From Rhina ancylostomus (Eukaryota), in the NCBI GenBank assembly GCA_030265395.1, contig JARFYF010000002.1:46399529-46463528 (forward strand): a stretch of DNA of 64,000 nucleotides. Reading direction: 5' to 3'. This document shows, piece by piece, positions 12,575-24,929 of the stretch. How positions within the stretch are numbered: position 1 is the first letter of the stretch; the number at the start of each line of letters is the position of its first letter. Made by a program: the position numbers and the translations under genes. Under the pieces are notes generated by a model. That model did no database searches. It had not been told where the DNA came from and saw only the letters and a list, made by a program, of their open reading frames with translations.

Positions 12575-13540
12575 ATAGGCAGGTACAGACTCAGAATACA
12601 GGATGTACCATTTAGAACTGAGATCAGGAGAAATCTCTTCACCCAGAGGGTGGTGAACCGTGGGATGCTCTACCACAGATGGCGGTGGATGCCAAGTCAT
12701 TAAATTCACCTAAAATGCTGGAGGAACTCAGCAGGTCAGTTAGCATCTATGGAGGGAAATAAACAGTCAACACTTCAGGTCAAGACCTTTCATCAGGACT
12801 GGGAAGGAAGAGGGCAGAAGCCATAAAATTTATTCNNNNNNNNNNNNNNNNNNNNNNNNNNNNNNNNNNNNNNNNNNNNNNNNNNNNNNNNNNNNNNNNN
12901 NNNNNNNNNNNNNNNNNNNNNNNNNNNNNNNNNNNATCAGGACTGGGTAGGAAGAGGGCAGAAGCCATAAAATTTATTCAAGAAGGAGGTAGATATATTC
13001 CTTAATGTCAAAGGGATCAAGGGATAAGAGGTGAAGGCAAGAACAGAGTCCTGAAGTGGGTGATCAACCTTGATCATATTGGAGACAAAAGAGACTGAAA
13101 ATGCTGGAATTTGGAGCAACACACAAAAAGTTGTCGAAATTCAATGGGTTGAGCAGATCTATGGAGGGAAATGGACTGTTGACATCTTAGATCAAAACCT
13201 TCATCTGGACTGAAAGATAAGGGGAGATAGCTAGTATGAAAAGTTCATATTAGATGCTGGAACAGCCCAAAGGGTCATGGTCTATTTCTGTTCCTCTGGC
13301 CTGGAATGCAGACCAGAGGAGCAGGAATAGACTATGACCCCTGGGTGGTGGTAGAGGCAGATAGTATAGAAGTGTTTAAGAGACTCTTAGAGAGGCACAT
13401 GAATATGAAGAGAAGGGAAGGATATGGTCAATGTGCAGGGAAGAGGGATTAGATTAATTAGGAACCATTGGTTTAATTAGTTTGGCACAACATTGTGGGC
13501 CAAAGGGCCTGTCCTGTTCTGTACTGTTCTGTGTTCTATT
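12575..13540 (+). mobile_element. Cluster of CR1 3' ends interrupted by Penelope-related repeats (12713-12830, 13085-13240)
   Basis: CR1 motif ttcacccagagggtggtga and 3' UTR gggccaaagggcctgt...; aaatgctggaggaactcagcaggtca motif. Confidence 0.75.
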
Positions 13541-13827
13541 TCCTATGCTTCTGTTGTTGAAAGGCTTGTGTCTAGGAGGATTGGAACAGAAGTTATGTTT
13601 GCGGTCACATGTCTGGAATGCACTTCCGTACATTTAAAGAACAACTTTATTTTAAAAATAATTATTTTCATCCAAAATTAATATGGGGAAAGCTGAATTT
13701 GCATTAATTTTCACTGAATTGAATAATTAAATGGAATGCTATAGCTTGCCAATACAGCAAACTAAAGATTATTGTTTTAATATTCCAAAATGAATTTATC
13801 AAACAGTATGTATAAAGTGTGACTTAC

Positions 13828-14294
13828 TCCAAGCTGTTCTTTATTAATTCATTTGAGCATCTATGTACTCAGTAAATGAGCGCTCTCAAATAAAATTGGT
13901 TGTACAGTCTCCACATTCTTGCACATAGCTGAAATTCAGGCTATCCCTCATGTGTTTTAAGAAAGGAGCTGGAGCTCATTCACAATAAATACCGCAGCAT
14001 AAATGGAGTCATGCATGCTCCTAACAGTTGTACACACATTCACCGACCTGTCTACAGCATTGTGCTTTCGAGTCAAGCAGCATTTGCAAAATAAAAGAAA
14101 ATCTCCCTCTGTGTAGATTGTGGTTTGGTGTTGTGGAGACAGTGGTTTAACAGTGAAACAGGCGTAGGGTCACTAGCAGATCACTAACAACCATGTCAGC
14201 CTGCAGTGCTCTTTGACTGATATGTCTGGAGATTTTCCAGTCCTTTACCACGGGATCTTTACTTAAGTCTCCTACCCATGCCAAACAGGAGGTC
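13828..14294 (-). pseudogene. Putative pseudo-exon (467 nt) with mutated acceptor
   Basis: Pyrimidine tract ends in ctat rather than ctag; strong donor GGA|gtaagt; frame GPPVWH...KIPW*RTGKSPDISVKEH...IYTEGDFLLFCKCCLTRKHNAVDRSVNVCTTVRSMHDSIYAAVFIVNELQLLS with about 10 stops. Confidence 0.4.
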
Positions 14295-15553
14295 ATAGCA
14301 AGGAAAAGAACAACAGAAGCTCAAAATAAAGTATTTGCTTGCAATCTTCACTTGTAATTAGCTGTATCTTATTATTTAGAGCTATAACTTACAACTTCAT
14401 TCTTAACTTTAATAAAATATGTTAATAATAATATTTGCTCAAGTAATGGTTCAGAAAGAAGCTCAAACCACATGGTAGCTCTGTTAAAACTCTGGAGTTT
14501 GATTTTACAGCTGTGTGTGATAGGATGCCCTTAATTTTGACAGCAAGTTAAAATTAACTTTGCATCATTCTGATGTGAGTGATGGAACCTTTTAAAAAAT
14601 ACTGCAGACATATACAAGTCAGTCAGTATGCAGAAAGGAAAAAAGTAAATGTTTTGAGTGGGATCATTTCACGATGGCAATTCATTTATCAAGGTATCAA
14701 GTGAAACCTGCTTAACAAATAGTTTTAACAATAAATATTTGGAAAGAAAATACATAAAATAAACATGAAGGGACAAGCACAAGATCAACGAGAACAAAAG
14801 AAAAAACAGAAATCCTCAACAAGAGGAATATGAGAAGACCTTGTCTGAACCAAAGAGAAAAGTGGCAATAAATCAAAAAGTGGATGTAAAATTATCTGTG
14901 AATTTGATAAGCACCCAATTATTGGAATGGTTGGACTGTCAGCTATGTAAACCAGCCTCCAACCATTGGGTTTAAAATGGATAAGGCATTCAATGTTATT
15001 ACATATAGATTGTGGAATGTCAGCACATTGATAAAGTAACATCTCAAAATTGTTTCCTTAGACTATAAATAAAATTAAAGCTACTTCTTAAAATTATTCA
15101 TTTCAAGTAGAAACCAGTCTGAAATTTCAGTTGGTAGAATCCCAATTAATTTGAACCATCCTATCTGGAACCCAGCCCAGACCTACCACCCCACCTCATC
15201 CCACTTCTTCATTTTCTAGTCCTCCGTCCCCAACTGCCCACCCTGACAGATACACCTGACATTGACCCCTTCAAGTGACTCAGTCATAGAAACAAAACCA
15301 AGACTCACACATCTGGTTTGAGTTCAGCGAAGACCATTCATCCACAACAAGCTTCTGACCAATAACTTTTAAAAGGATTATTAAAAACATTAAGTATCAT
15401 CCTGATGCTCTTTCTGCTTTAGGATCAAGACTAGAAATTAGCATTTTGCTAAGTTTGCTGATAAACAGTTTGATCAATTGTGGACAGATCACGTTAATTT
15501 GTCTTCACCTCATTCAGTGAAAGAATAAGGTGTGAGACCCAAAATGATTTTAC

Positions 15554-15710
15554 ATAGAACGGTGCAGTACAGGAACAGGCCCTCAGCCCACGATGTCTGT
15601 GCCAAACATGATGCCGAATTAAACTAATTCTCTTCTGCCTGTATATGATCCATATCTCTGCATTCCCTTTTTCTTTAACAGTGTCTTAAACACCACTATT
15701 GCATCTGCAT
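15554..15710 (-). mobile_element. CR1 3' tail
   Basis: catagaac...acaggaacaggccctcagccca is the reverse complement of the tail at 43330-43395. Confidence 0.75.
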
Positions 15711-16784
15711 TTTGAAAAACATCTTAAAACCTATGATATGTCTATATGAGTAATATTTCTATTGGTATTACACGTTGTTAAAATGCATAGGTGTATTTTG
15801 TGATCTGAATCCTGAAATGATTAATCTGGAACATTGTGAGCTGTGTTAAGTCTTGAGTTAAGATCGTCTGCCTTCACCAAATTGTCTTAGGTAAATCTGA
15901 TTTTATATTCATGGAGTCGATTTAGGCGGGATCAGGCATTCTNNNNNNNNNNNNNNNNNNNNNNNNNNNNNNNNNNNNNNNNNNNNNNNNNGGGGGGGGG
16001 GGGGGGGGGCAGGTTGCTTGGGAGAGACTCCAACACGGTTGGAGCTCTCAAAGTGGCTGCAGCCGCCATTCATTTTGTTGTCAGCAGGCGTATCACAGGC
16101 AACAAGTGGATCACCAAGAGCAAGTCAGCATCAATAAACAGCAGTGACAGATTGCCAAGGGATCACACCGACATTCAACATTACGTCCATGGAACTGCTC
16201 AGCCCAAAGCTACCCTGCTCCTTTTTAATGTTTTGTTTTAGGTTTTTTTATTTCAACCTCTGTTATTAAGTTCTCTTTTAATTACAACTTCCTTTGTGTA
16301 TTCATTTATTTTTAATTGTGTCATTCCATTGAAGCTCTTCCCTTTAGTTTCCCCCTCTGCTATGTTTATTTTGATGGTCTTTATTTAATTCTTCCATTCC
16401 CATTATTTAATCTGCTCTACTACAAAGTCTGCGCTGCAATTTTCAACCCTTTGATTCACTTAATTAATTTCAGGAGGGACATTGTTTTCTGATACAGATG
16501 GAATTTTCTTATTAATTCACAAAAACTGCAGCAAAAGCTTATGTTTGTCTATCACCACCAACGTGGCAAACTGCCCCAAGGCACTCCGCATGAATGCTCA
16601 CACAAAACCTGACACCTAACATCAGATGTTAAGACAGGTGAACAAAAGCTTTGTCAAAAAGTTTAAGCCTAGAAACTGATTTGCACCTGAAAAGGTAAAT
16701 TAGTTCAGCTGTCCAAGGGGAGCCAACTGAAGTTGTTTTCAAAAGTCTGCCACTATAAGATGCTATGCAGGAGAGAGGATGAGG

Positions 16785-17805
16785 GTATTGGTATTGGTTT
16801 ATTATTGCCAATTGTACTGAGGTACAGTGAAAAACTTGTCTTGCATACCATTCGTCCAGATCAATTCATTACACAGTGCAGTTACATTGTGTTAGTACAG
16901 AGTGCATTAAGGTAGTACAGAGTGCAATTAATGTAGTACAGGTAAAAACAATAACAGTACAGAGTAAAATGTCACAGCTACAGAGAAAGTGCAGTGCAAT
17001 AAGGTGCNNNNNNNNNNNNNNNNNNNNNNNNNNNNNNNNNNNNNNNNNNNNNNNNNNNNNNNNNNNNNNNNNNNNNNNNNNNNNNNNNNNNNNNNNNNNN
17101 NNNNNNNCTGAAGTCCCACACCATCAGGTTCAAGAACAGTTACCAAAGACTCTTGCAAATTTCTACAGATATATAGTGGAGAGCACTCTGACTGATTGCA
17201 TCACCGTCTGGCATGGAGGCTCCAATGCACAGGATCGAAAGAGGCTGCAGAGGGTCGTAAACTCAGCCAGCTCCATCTCAGGCACAATGCTTCAGGCCAT
17301 TGAGAACATCTTCAAGAGGCGGTGTCTCAAGAAGGTGGCATCCATCATTAAGGACCCTCACCATCCGGGACATGCTCTCTTCACCCATTCATCATTTCAG
17401 GAACAGCTTCTACTCAATATTCCTCTTTTGCACTATTTATTTATTTTTGTAACTTATCTTTATGTCTTGCACTCTACTGCTGCTGCAGAACAAAAAATTT
17501 TACAACATATGTCAGATAATGAACCTGATTCTGATTTTGAGCTACTTCCCTTCAACCATTCAGTTCTTGAACCAACCAGCAGAATCCTAATCACTAGAGT
17601 TTAGCAATACTATGACCACCATGATCACTTTGCACTAAAATGGACTTTGTTTATGTTTGTTCTTTCTTATAAAAATTGTGTTTATGTTTTTCTTGTGAAT
17701 GCTGCTTATATGATGCTATGTGCCTGTGATGCTGATGCAAGTAAGTTTTTCATTGCCCCTGTGCAGACATGTAGTTGTGCATATGACAATAAATCCGACT
17801 TTGAC
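16785..17805. mobile_element. Cluster of three Rex1/Babar-type 3' ends
   Basis: Minus copy with (CCAATA)n tail at 16785; plus copy encoding NFYRYIVESTLTDCITVWHG...RKRLQRVV...RRCLKKVASIIKDPHHPGHALF with a gattct tail; third tail ending gactttgact. Confidence 0.85.
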
Positions 17806-17809
17806 TCTT

Positions 17810-18995
17810 CGAAGAACAAAAACACAGTGCCTAATTCTGTTTACATTCACTGTGTCATCCAGTCTATACATTCACAGTGTTATTGGTTCTAAACATTGGT
17901 GGATTCTAAACATTTTATATACTTAGCACTATTGCCATCCATGTGGCCTCTGAGGATGATATAATCTTCAGGTGTTTGAAAGGCTTCTGCCCTGGATTTA
18001 GTCCCTCAATGCCTTGTGTCAGAAGGACCTTAGACTGCAGTCCTTCCTCACAAAACTTTTGCCTTGACTGCATCAAGCTTCAGAGCATCCCTCAGCATGT
18101 ACTCCTGCAGCCTGGAATGTGCCAAGCAGCTGCATTCCCTGACAGACATCTCATTGTATTGGAAGACCAACAAGTTNNNNNNNNNNNNNNNNNNNNNNNN
18201 NNNNNNNNNNNNNNNNNNNNNNNNNNNNNNNNNNNNNNNNNNNNNNNNNNNNNNNNNNNNNNNNNNNNNNNNNNNNTTCGGACATACCAAAGAGCATCTA
18301 GTTGTTGATATCAAAGTTGTTGATCTTCCAGCAGCACTGTCTGCCTCGTTATGCATTTCTGGGAACAGTTCAAAAATCAGAGAGCCCTCTGTTCCGCAGT
18401 TGCTTGGGATGACCCGAGACAAAGTTCCTTGTGTCCTCCTCTAGACCCCTCATTGCAAATACACAGTCTGCAAAGAGATGGATGATCATCTCATCCTCAT
18501 CTCAGCAGTTCTGAGGGTAGTGTGCATTGTAAGTGAGGTTCTGACCATACGGGAAGCATCTGACAGGGCAAGTCCCTCTTACTGCCAGCCAAGTGAGGAT
18601 TTGGTGCATGTTGGTGATTTCTGGCCATGAAGTGCTCTGCCAGATGATTTGGATCATCTGCTCAGGGGACCACCCCCACAGAATCCATCATGTCTCTTTC
18701 CCACAGTGCCTGCAGAATCTTTTGTGCTGACCACTGCCTGATGAGCTTGAGGTCCAAGGTGTTTCTCTGAAAGAACTTCTCCATGAACAACAGGCAGTGT
18801 GATAATATCCAACTAACTGGGACACTGCACAGCAATAGGGCCAGGCCTATCCTTTGCAATGCCAGGGACAGGTAGGACCTCAGCACATAGCTACACTTGC
18901 TCGCGTACTTAGGTGGCAAGCACATCCTAATGCAGCCATGCCCAAAAATCCCTTGCCTTGCTCCACTTGAACTACAATGGAGGATATGGCACAAT
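17810..18995 (-). mobile_element. Tx1-clade LINE ORF2 3' fragment
   Basis: GCIRMC...YVLRSYLS...FMEKFFQRNTLDLKLIRQWSAQKIL and NLLVFQYNEMSVRECSCLAHSRLQEYMLRDALKL; homologous to 45240-46090. Confidence 0.8.
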
Positions 18996-19130
18996 TAGTC
19001 CAAATGATATGTAGTTGAGGCAGCAGAAGAGGTTAGACAGTCTCAGAAGATCTTCCACAATCAAAGTACCAAGAATTTCCCAAGATAAAATTAGGTGGAC
19101 AATCAGTGCTTAAAACCCATTTCTTTGAAC
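18995..19130 (-). pseudogene. Putative pseudo-exon truncated by a Tx1 insertion
   Basis: tatttggacag|GTTCAA acceptor; GSKKWVLSTDCPPNFILGNSWYFDCGRSSETV*PLLLPQLHIIWTN, then runs into Tx1 sequence. Confidence 0.4.
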
Positions 19131-19190
19131 CTGTCCAAATACAGTTTATGTCATTATGTAAGACAATCAAATGTTTACAATTCTCATTAC

Positions 19191-19766
19191 TTCATCCTCA
19201 AACAAGGTATCCTCAATGTTGCCTGCTCTGCAGCAACTCATACTCCTTAAAGGCAGTTTCAAACTAAAATTATTGTTGCAATAAGAGATATGAGGCTGAC
19301 CTGACTGTGTTATTTCCAGGAAAATCCTGTGCTTGCACATTTACTCTCAATTGCAAAGGTGCAGTTCAGGGGTTGTTTGTTGACAAAGTACTTCTGCTTG
19401 TAGAAAGGGTATGCGCCCAACACATGGGAACAAGCCACACAGGAGGAGTACCGATCTTTCTTTCCATAATTGAAATCTGGGGCATATACTTATGTAGATC
19501 GCAAGTCAGAATGAAGATGATCATTTCCTTCAAGCTCAGGACAACTTGTAACAAAAACCGAAGCTCTTTCATTCTTCTCATTCAGCCCCCACTCTCTCAC
19601 TCAAGCATATGACACTGGCATATGTGTTCAGACAACTAACATCTGCAACCAACATTCTAAATCCCTGCTTTTTCTGGTGCAGGTAAGGCTAACTGGCATT
19701 CCTTCCTTCAGTCCTTTCCTGCTCCATGAAATTCAGATATCCATTTAAAGAATTTAAAATATTGCT
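19191..19766 (-). pseudogene. Putative pseudo-exon with frameshifts
   Basis: tttttcag|AGCAAT acceptor; about 95 codons with one stop: VREWGLNEKNERASVFVTSCPELEGNDHLHSDLRST*VYAPDFNYGKKDRYSSCVACSHVLGAYPFYKQKYFVNKQPLNCTFAIESK, then after a frameshift KHRIFLEITQSGQPHISYCNNNFSLKLPL; donor position uncertain. Confidence 0.5.
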
Positions 19767-19953
19767 CTGAAAAATCNNNNNNNNNNNNNNNNNNNNNNNN
19801 NNNNNNNNNNNNNNNNNNNNNNNNNNNNNNNNNNNNNNNNNNNNNNNNNNNNNNNNNNNNNNNNNNNNNNNNNNNNNNNNNNNNNNNNNNNNNNNNNNNN
19901 NNNNNNNNNNNNNNNNNNNNNNNNNNNNNNNNNNNNNNNNNNNNNNNNNNNNN

Positions 19954-20181
19954 NACAGGACTGCTCTAGAGTACACCACTCTAAGCAACTAGAACCAAAG
20001 TATACCTAAAGGTAGACCAATACTCTGGCAAGTAGTGCCAGAGAAACACTGGTTCTTATGCTAGGCCCCTGATGGGGCTCAGGTGTGTATTGTTCTCTAA
20101 TCAGTCCAGCATGGAATCCATGTCCTGGACAACAAGGCATTAATGGAGCCACATTGAGGGCCAGAACCCAGAACCATGACA
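19954..20181 (-). mobile_element. Partial copy of the TGTCA-start LTR-like repeat
   Basis: Reverse complement begins tgtcatggttctgggttctggccctcaat, matching 38650 and 58258. Confidence 0.7.
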
Positions 20182-20339
20182 CAACCTTGGTTAAATAAAG
20201 AACATACCTCAGTGTGAATGAGCAGCACCATGTGTAGCTAAAAATGAGCTGCAACTCAGGACTGAGTTCACCAAATTGCAAAAGCTGCATATAACAGAGA
20301 GAGATTTCAATTCTCCACCCTCTTTTCATTCCAACCTCT

Positions 20340-20765
20340 CTGCCTTTGGCCTCCTGTACCGTTCCAACAAAACTCAACTTCAGTTCAAGGAACAGCACCA
20401 TCTTCAAACCTAATGCATTACAGCACTCACCGCTGATTCCAACAATTTCAGATAAACAGCCTTTGTAGTCTTGTATCTCCCATTTCTAGCATTCAGTTTT
20501 CTTCCCATTCTTCACTTCTGGTATTTAAGTTTTCATTATTCTCCTCCTATTTACACCGCCTCCAGATGTGTCCTTACCACCCTCTTTCAGCTAGCACCAT
20601 CACCACCTGTGTCACTCAATCTCTCCTGGTCTCCCTCCTGTCACAGACCTTCCCTTTTGTTCCCTTTTCCTCTCCCCCTTTCCCTGCAATATAAAACTTG
20701 TGTCATTTTGAACTTTTCTCTGTTCTGATGAAAAACCACTGATCTGTAACATTAACTCTCCACAG
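20340..20765 (+). mobile_element. Penelope-like element 3' fragment
   Basis: ggcctcctgtaccgttccaac...aaggaacagcaccatcttc...ttccaacaatttcaga resembles the C-terminus after the GIY-YIG domain (LGLL.C.NE...EQHLIF...FNNFR), followed by a pyrimidine-rich UTR. Confidence 0.6.
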
Positions 20766-21043
20766 AGGTAATGTCCTTGGACTCAATGGACCAAAGGGCC
20801 TATCTACATGCTGTTTGACTTTGTAATTCTATGACAATATGGCGTGGACCAAATCCAGTACAGGCCCTCCTAGGCTTACAAATACCCAACTTATGGACAC
20901 TCCATAAATATAAATGACCTCCCACAAATATTATTAAATTGAAATGAGAAACAGTTTTGTAAAGAAAATTACATGTTATCAACTTACATTTAGTGAATGT
21001 TCAATTATAGTCACAACGCCTCACTTATTGAAGAAGCCCATAC

Positions 21044-22229
21044 CTGCCTTCAGCAATATCTAAAAGACTTTCACGAATGGGTTGATAAATGGCAAGTAAC
21101 AGTTGTGCCATGTTAGTGCCACAAAATGACTCCCACCAACAAGACAGGATCTATCTACNNNNNNNNNNNNNNNNNNNNNNNNNNNNNNNNNNNNNNNNNN
21201 NNNNNNNNNNNNNNNNNNNNNNNNNNNNNNNNNNNNNNNNNNNNNNNNNNNNNNNNNNGCCACAAAATGACTACCACCAACACGACAGGATCTAACTACT
21301 AACTCTTGATACTCAAGGCATTACCATCAATATCCTGGTGGGTCACTACTGATCAGAAACTCAACTCAACCCTTCACATAAGTACAAGAATCAGTCAGAG
21401 ACTGGCTATCTTTCCGCTAGTGAGTCACCTTCTAACACCCCACTGTCTTTCCATTATGTACAAGGCACAAGTTAGGGGCATAATGGAATGTTCTCCACTT
21501 GCCTGGATGGGTCCAGCTCCAACTACACAAGCCTGTTTAATTTGCCACCACTTTAGGCATTCAGTCCCTCCACCACTGTCATATCATAACTACAGTGTGT
21601 GTTATCTCCAAAACACAGTGCAGCCGAACTTTTTCCAACATCACCTTTCAAATGTATGACTTCTACCATCTTGGTTCTTTCTGGGAACACCACCACCTGC
21701 AGATTCTCCTCCAAGCCACTCACCAACCTGGCTTAGAAATAAATCACTATTCCTTCAATGTCACTGGACCTAAATCCTGGCACTCCCTACCCAACACATT
21801 GTGGAAGCACCTTCACCAGCAGTTCAAGAAGATAACTTGGATTAAAGATTGCAATAGATGCTTACCTTGCTAGCAATGTCCACATATCATAAAATTAATG
21901 AAAGCTCTGAACAGCTCAGAATGGGATTTCCCTTAATTCTCCTTTTTGACTACGATTGTGTTGAGCCATTTCAAGTAGTTATACGCAGCCCTACGTCAAT
22001 GAACTTTAGTACAGAGTTTGTAATTTAGTGTGGAAATGCTGGAAGTGGTGTCTATAATTCAACTAGTTTTTACTGTTATACTATGTGGAGTCTGGTCTTT
22101 GGAATTTGCTTGAAAGAACTTCATGGAAATCACTTGAACTGAATGAATTTATGTTGCTTATAAAACTAGGCCTCATGTAAATAAGCATGTCTTAGTGCTC
22201 CACGACACATTTACTGCCTTGGAAACTAT
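21044..22229 (-). pseudogene. Putative pseudo-exon split by a LINE insertion (about 21075-21900)
   Basis: tttatttttcaaactag|ATAG acceptor at 22229 and GCAG|gtatgg donor at 21044; the ending ...ILLKA joins the next exon (EQYFKFFKW) in phase. Confidence 0.35.
21075..21900 (+). mobile_element. CR1/L2-group LINE ORF2 3' fragment
   Basis: DQKLNSTLHI...HLLTPHCLSIMYKAQVRGIMECSPLAWMGPAPTT is the post-RT region; 3' UTR shared with other copies. Confidence 0.85.
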
Positions 22230-23309
22230 CTAGTTTGAAAAATAAATTAATTTTTGCATCTGCATCCAAATTTCCTTACGTGAGTATTTCAAAAGATAAG
22301 GGATTTTAAGCTAAGTTTATTTATGATGTTCCAGCTTTTTAATCATGTGTGTGTCTTTTTAAACATTATACAGAGCATTAAATAAAGTTAATTAAAACTG
22401 CTACGACGTGAGAATTCTTTAATGTGATCACTTGTTCAGAAAACAATGGGCACCAGAAAGTGAGTCTTTACCACAGAGATCACTGGATTATGGTGGGGAA
22501 TTTGTCATTATGGCAATGGCAAGCACCATTAGCTAACTGCAAATTCTGTGCTATTATACTTTAAAAGTCCAATGTACAGCTTCTCAAATAAACTGCAGTG
22601 CAAATTAGAAAGAAATTTGGTGACAGTATCTGCCCCTGATTTCCTGGCTCCTATTTAGCCACTGTTCACTGACACAAATCACACTATTGACTGGAAAGTT
22701 CAGAAAATCGTTTTTGCACTGCTCAGCTTTCAGTCCACTTTAGCTTAATTAACATTGCATACTCCTGCTCTTGAGACAGCTGCCAGGAAATAAAAGTTAG
22801 TAGCCCAAATGACTTGATCTCCCATCTTCCTTTCATCAATGTGGCAAAAGGTGGTGGCTACTAAATTAGACCATAGTGTTGTGAAGGCTCAAAACTCAGA
22901 ATGCTAGATTTCTAGATATTTTTCTTCCATTTTGTGGGTGGATATTTGTCTTCAGCTCTGATTGTATTTGGCAAGCATACACTTTGTACTCATTCATTGC
23001 TCTCACTAAAGGTACAATCTGGTGTGATCCTGATCTGCCACTGTCCCTGACAAGTTGGGCTGCAGCAAATCCATTAATATCTTATGTTAATCAGGCACTG
23101 GAAGCCTAGCACTTAACAGCAGGAAAAATCCACACCACCCGTGCTATTTAAAGGAATCCCTTAGCAACTTTGTAGATGATTGATTCAGATGTCAGGACTT
23201 TCCATAAGGAACGTTTTTGGAGGAGATGAAGCCTTTGTTGCTTACACACTGAATGTTGTAGCTAGGGCTCATCTGGAATCTCCAGCAACTCCTCTTGTCA
23301 AAAATAGGC

Positions 23310-24520
23310 TGCAAGACCCGTGGCAGAAGAGGAAAGGGGAAGAGAGGACCAGCAGACCAAGCCAAGCTGTCCAAAGAGGATGAGAGGGACTTTGGCCAGA
23401 AGGGCCAGGATCATTTGTGCCCCTCTCAGAGGCACAACACTTATGCACACCCAGGACCTCCGGAGAGGTGGTGACAGAGATCTGCCTCTGGCTGCAGACA
23501 ATCCTGTCGTGCCTGCACTGCTCTTTCTGTGCCTTTGTAGCAATTTCTCCAGGTGTCCTGCTCATAGTTGTAGCTGGGAGGCTACAGTAGCTCCCCATTC
23601 AAAGAGGGAAAGTTCACCTCTTTGCTGGAGAGCAGCAGCCAGTAAGGATGCATGGCTGACAAATACGGTGGGCTCCCCCATGCTGCAGGAGCTCATAGGT
23701 ATCCCCCCACAGAGCAGGATAAACTGTCGGCACAACATTGTGGACCAAAGGGCCTGTACTGTGCTGTAATGTTCTATTTTCTATTACATTGAGGGCTCCA
23801 ATGTTCAATGTGGAACTTTACTGGAACTGCAGAGGGGTTTTCACTCCTTAAATGTACAAGTTGTGCATGATCACACTCAATAGTAAATACAAAAAGCTCA
23901 AGCATTGTGATGGCTCAGTCACTGTGTTCAAAACACAGATTGATAAGATTTCTGGATATTAAGGGAATCAAGGGAAATGGGGATAATGCTGGAAAATGGT
24001 GCTGAAGTAGGGGATCAGCCGTGATTTTAGTGAAAGGCAAAGCAGTTTCAGAGGGCTGGATGGCCTACTCCTGCTCCTGTTTCTTATGTTCTTATGTAAA
24101 ACAGCCAAGTATTTACACAGTTCATTTGTACTGTGGCAGTTAGCTGTGCCTGCCAAATTCTAGTCACCGTAACAGACAGCCCTGGGACAGCTTCAAGTAC
24201 TTTACACCTGGTTCCCATTCAAGTTAGCACTGCAAGCTGGAGAGCACAACACTCTTACAAAGAGAGCCATGTGTCCAAAAAGAACACAGTAGGAACCACC
24301 AGAGAGTTGCTGATGCAATACTTTAATGCCTGGACTGCTCTGGAGACACACAACCAGTACAGTGCAGAGGAGGTCTCTTGCTAACTGATGCTGGTTACAT
24401 CCTCCACAGCTTGGCCTACACAGGGGCACACTCCAAGTCATTAATTGCACCACAAGCGGAGGAGGGAAGAGGAGGACCATCAAGGGAGCAGGCCAGAACA
24501 AGAGCCATCTATTACAGTGC
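23310..24520 (+). mobile_element. PIF/Harbinger transposase remnants (interrupted by CR1 tails)
   Basis: GEVVTEICLWLQTIL near 23465, and HSYKESHVSKKNTVGTTRELLMQYF / CLDCSG / QYSAEEVS / ILHSLA near 24250-24420, match HARBI1-like motifs (YN..H...R..IE...G.LK.RF.CLD, LHN). Confidence 0.65.
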
Positions 24521-24929
24521 TGATTGTCTGGCTCATCATTCTTAGTTCCAGGAAGGAGCCTGAGCTAAATCACAAAGCCCTGATTGTGAGGGAGTTAGCA
24601 TTCAACTGCAGCAACCTTTGGGCTGATATGTTCATGCCCCACATGCCTCCAGCAATGACCTTCCACAGTTGACAACATAATCATAATCACTTTGGCTTTA
24701 CCATTGCCAAAAACCTCCCTCACAACACCTGGCAAGCTGGACATTTACATCATCTAAAATGAGATGGACACAGCATTATCTATAAATTTGTCTCCAATTC
24801 ATACCCATCTTGACCTGGAAATATTAGTCTCATGGTGCAAAATTGTGGAACTTTCAACAGCCTGGAACTACCTCCACCACATGCATTGCACTAGTTCAAA
24901 AATGTGACGATGATACAAGTTGTCAGGGG

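Noticed and set aside
12793-12979. About 43-bp direct repeat
   Set aside because: Copies sit immediately on either side of a 100-N gap; probable contig-overlap artefact
21118-21300. About 40-bp direct repeat
   Set aside because: Flanks a gap within one LINE; probable assembly or allelic overlap
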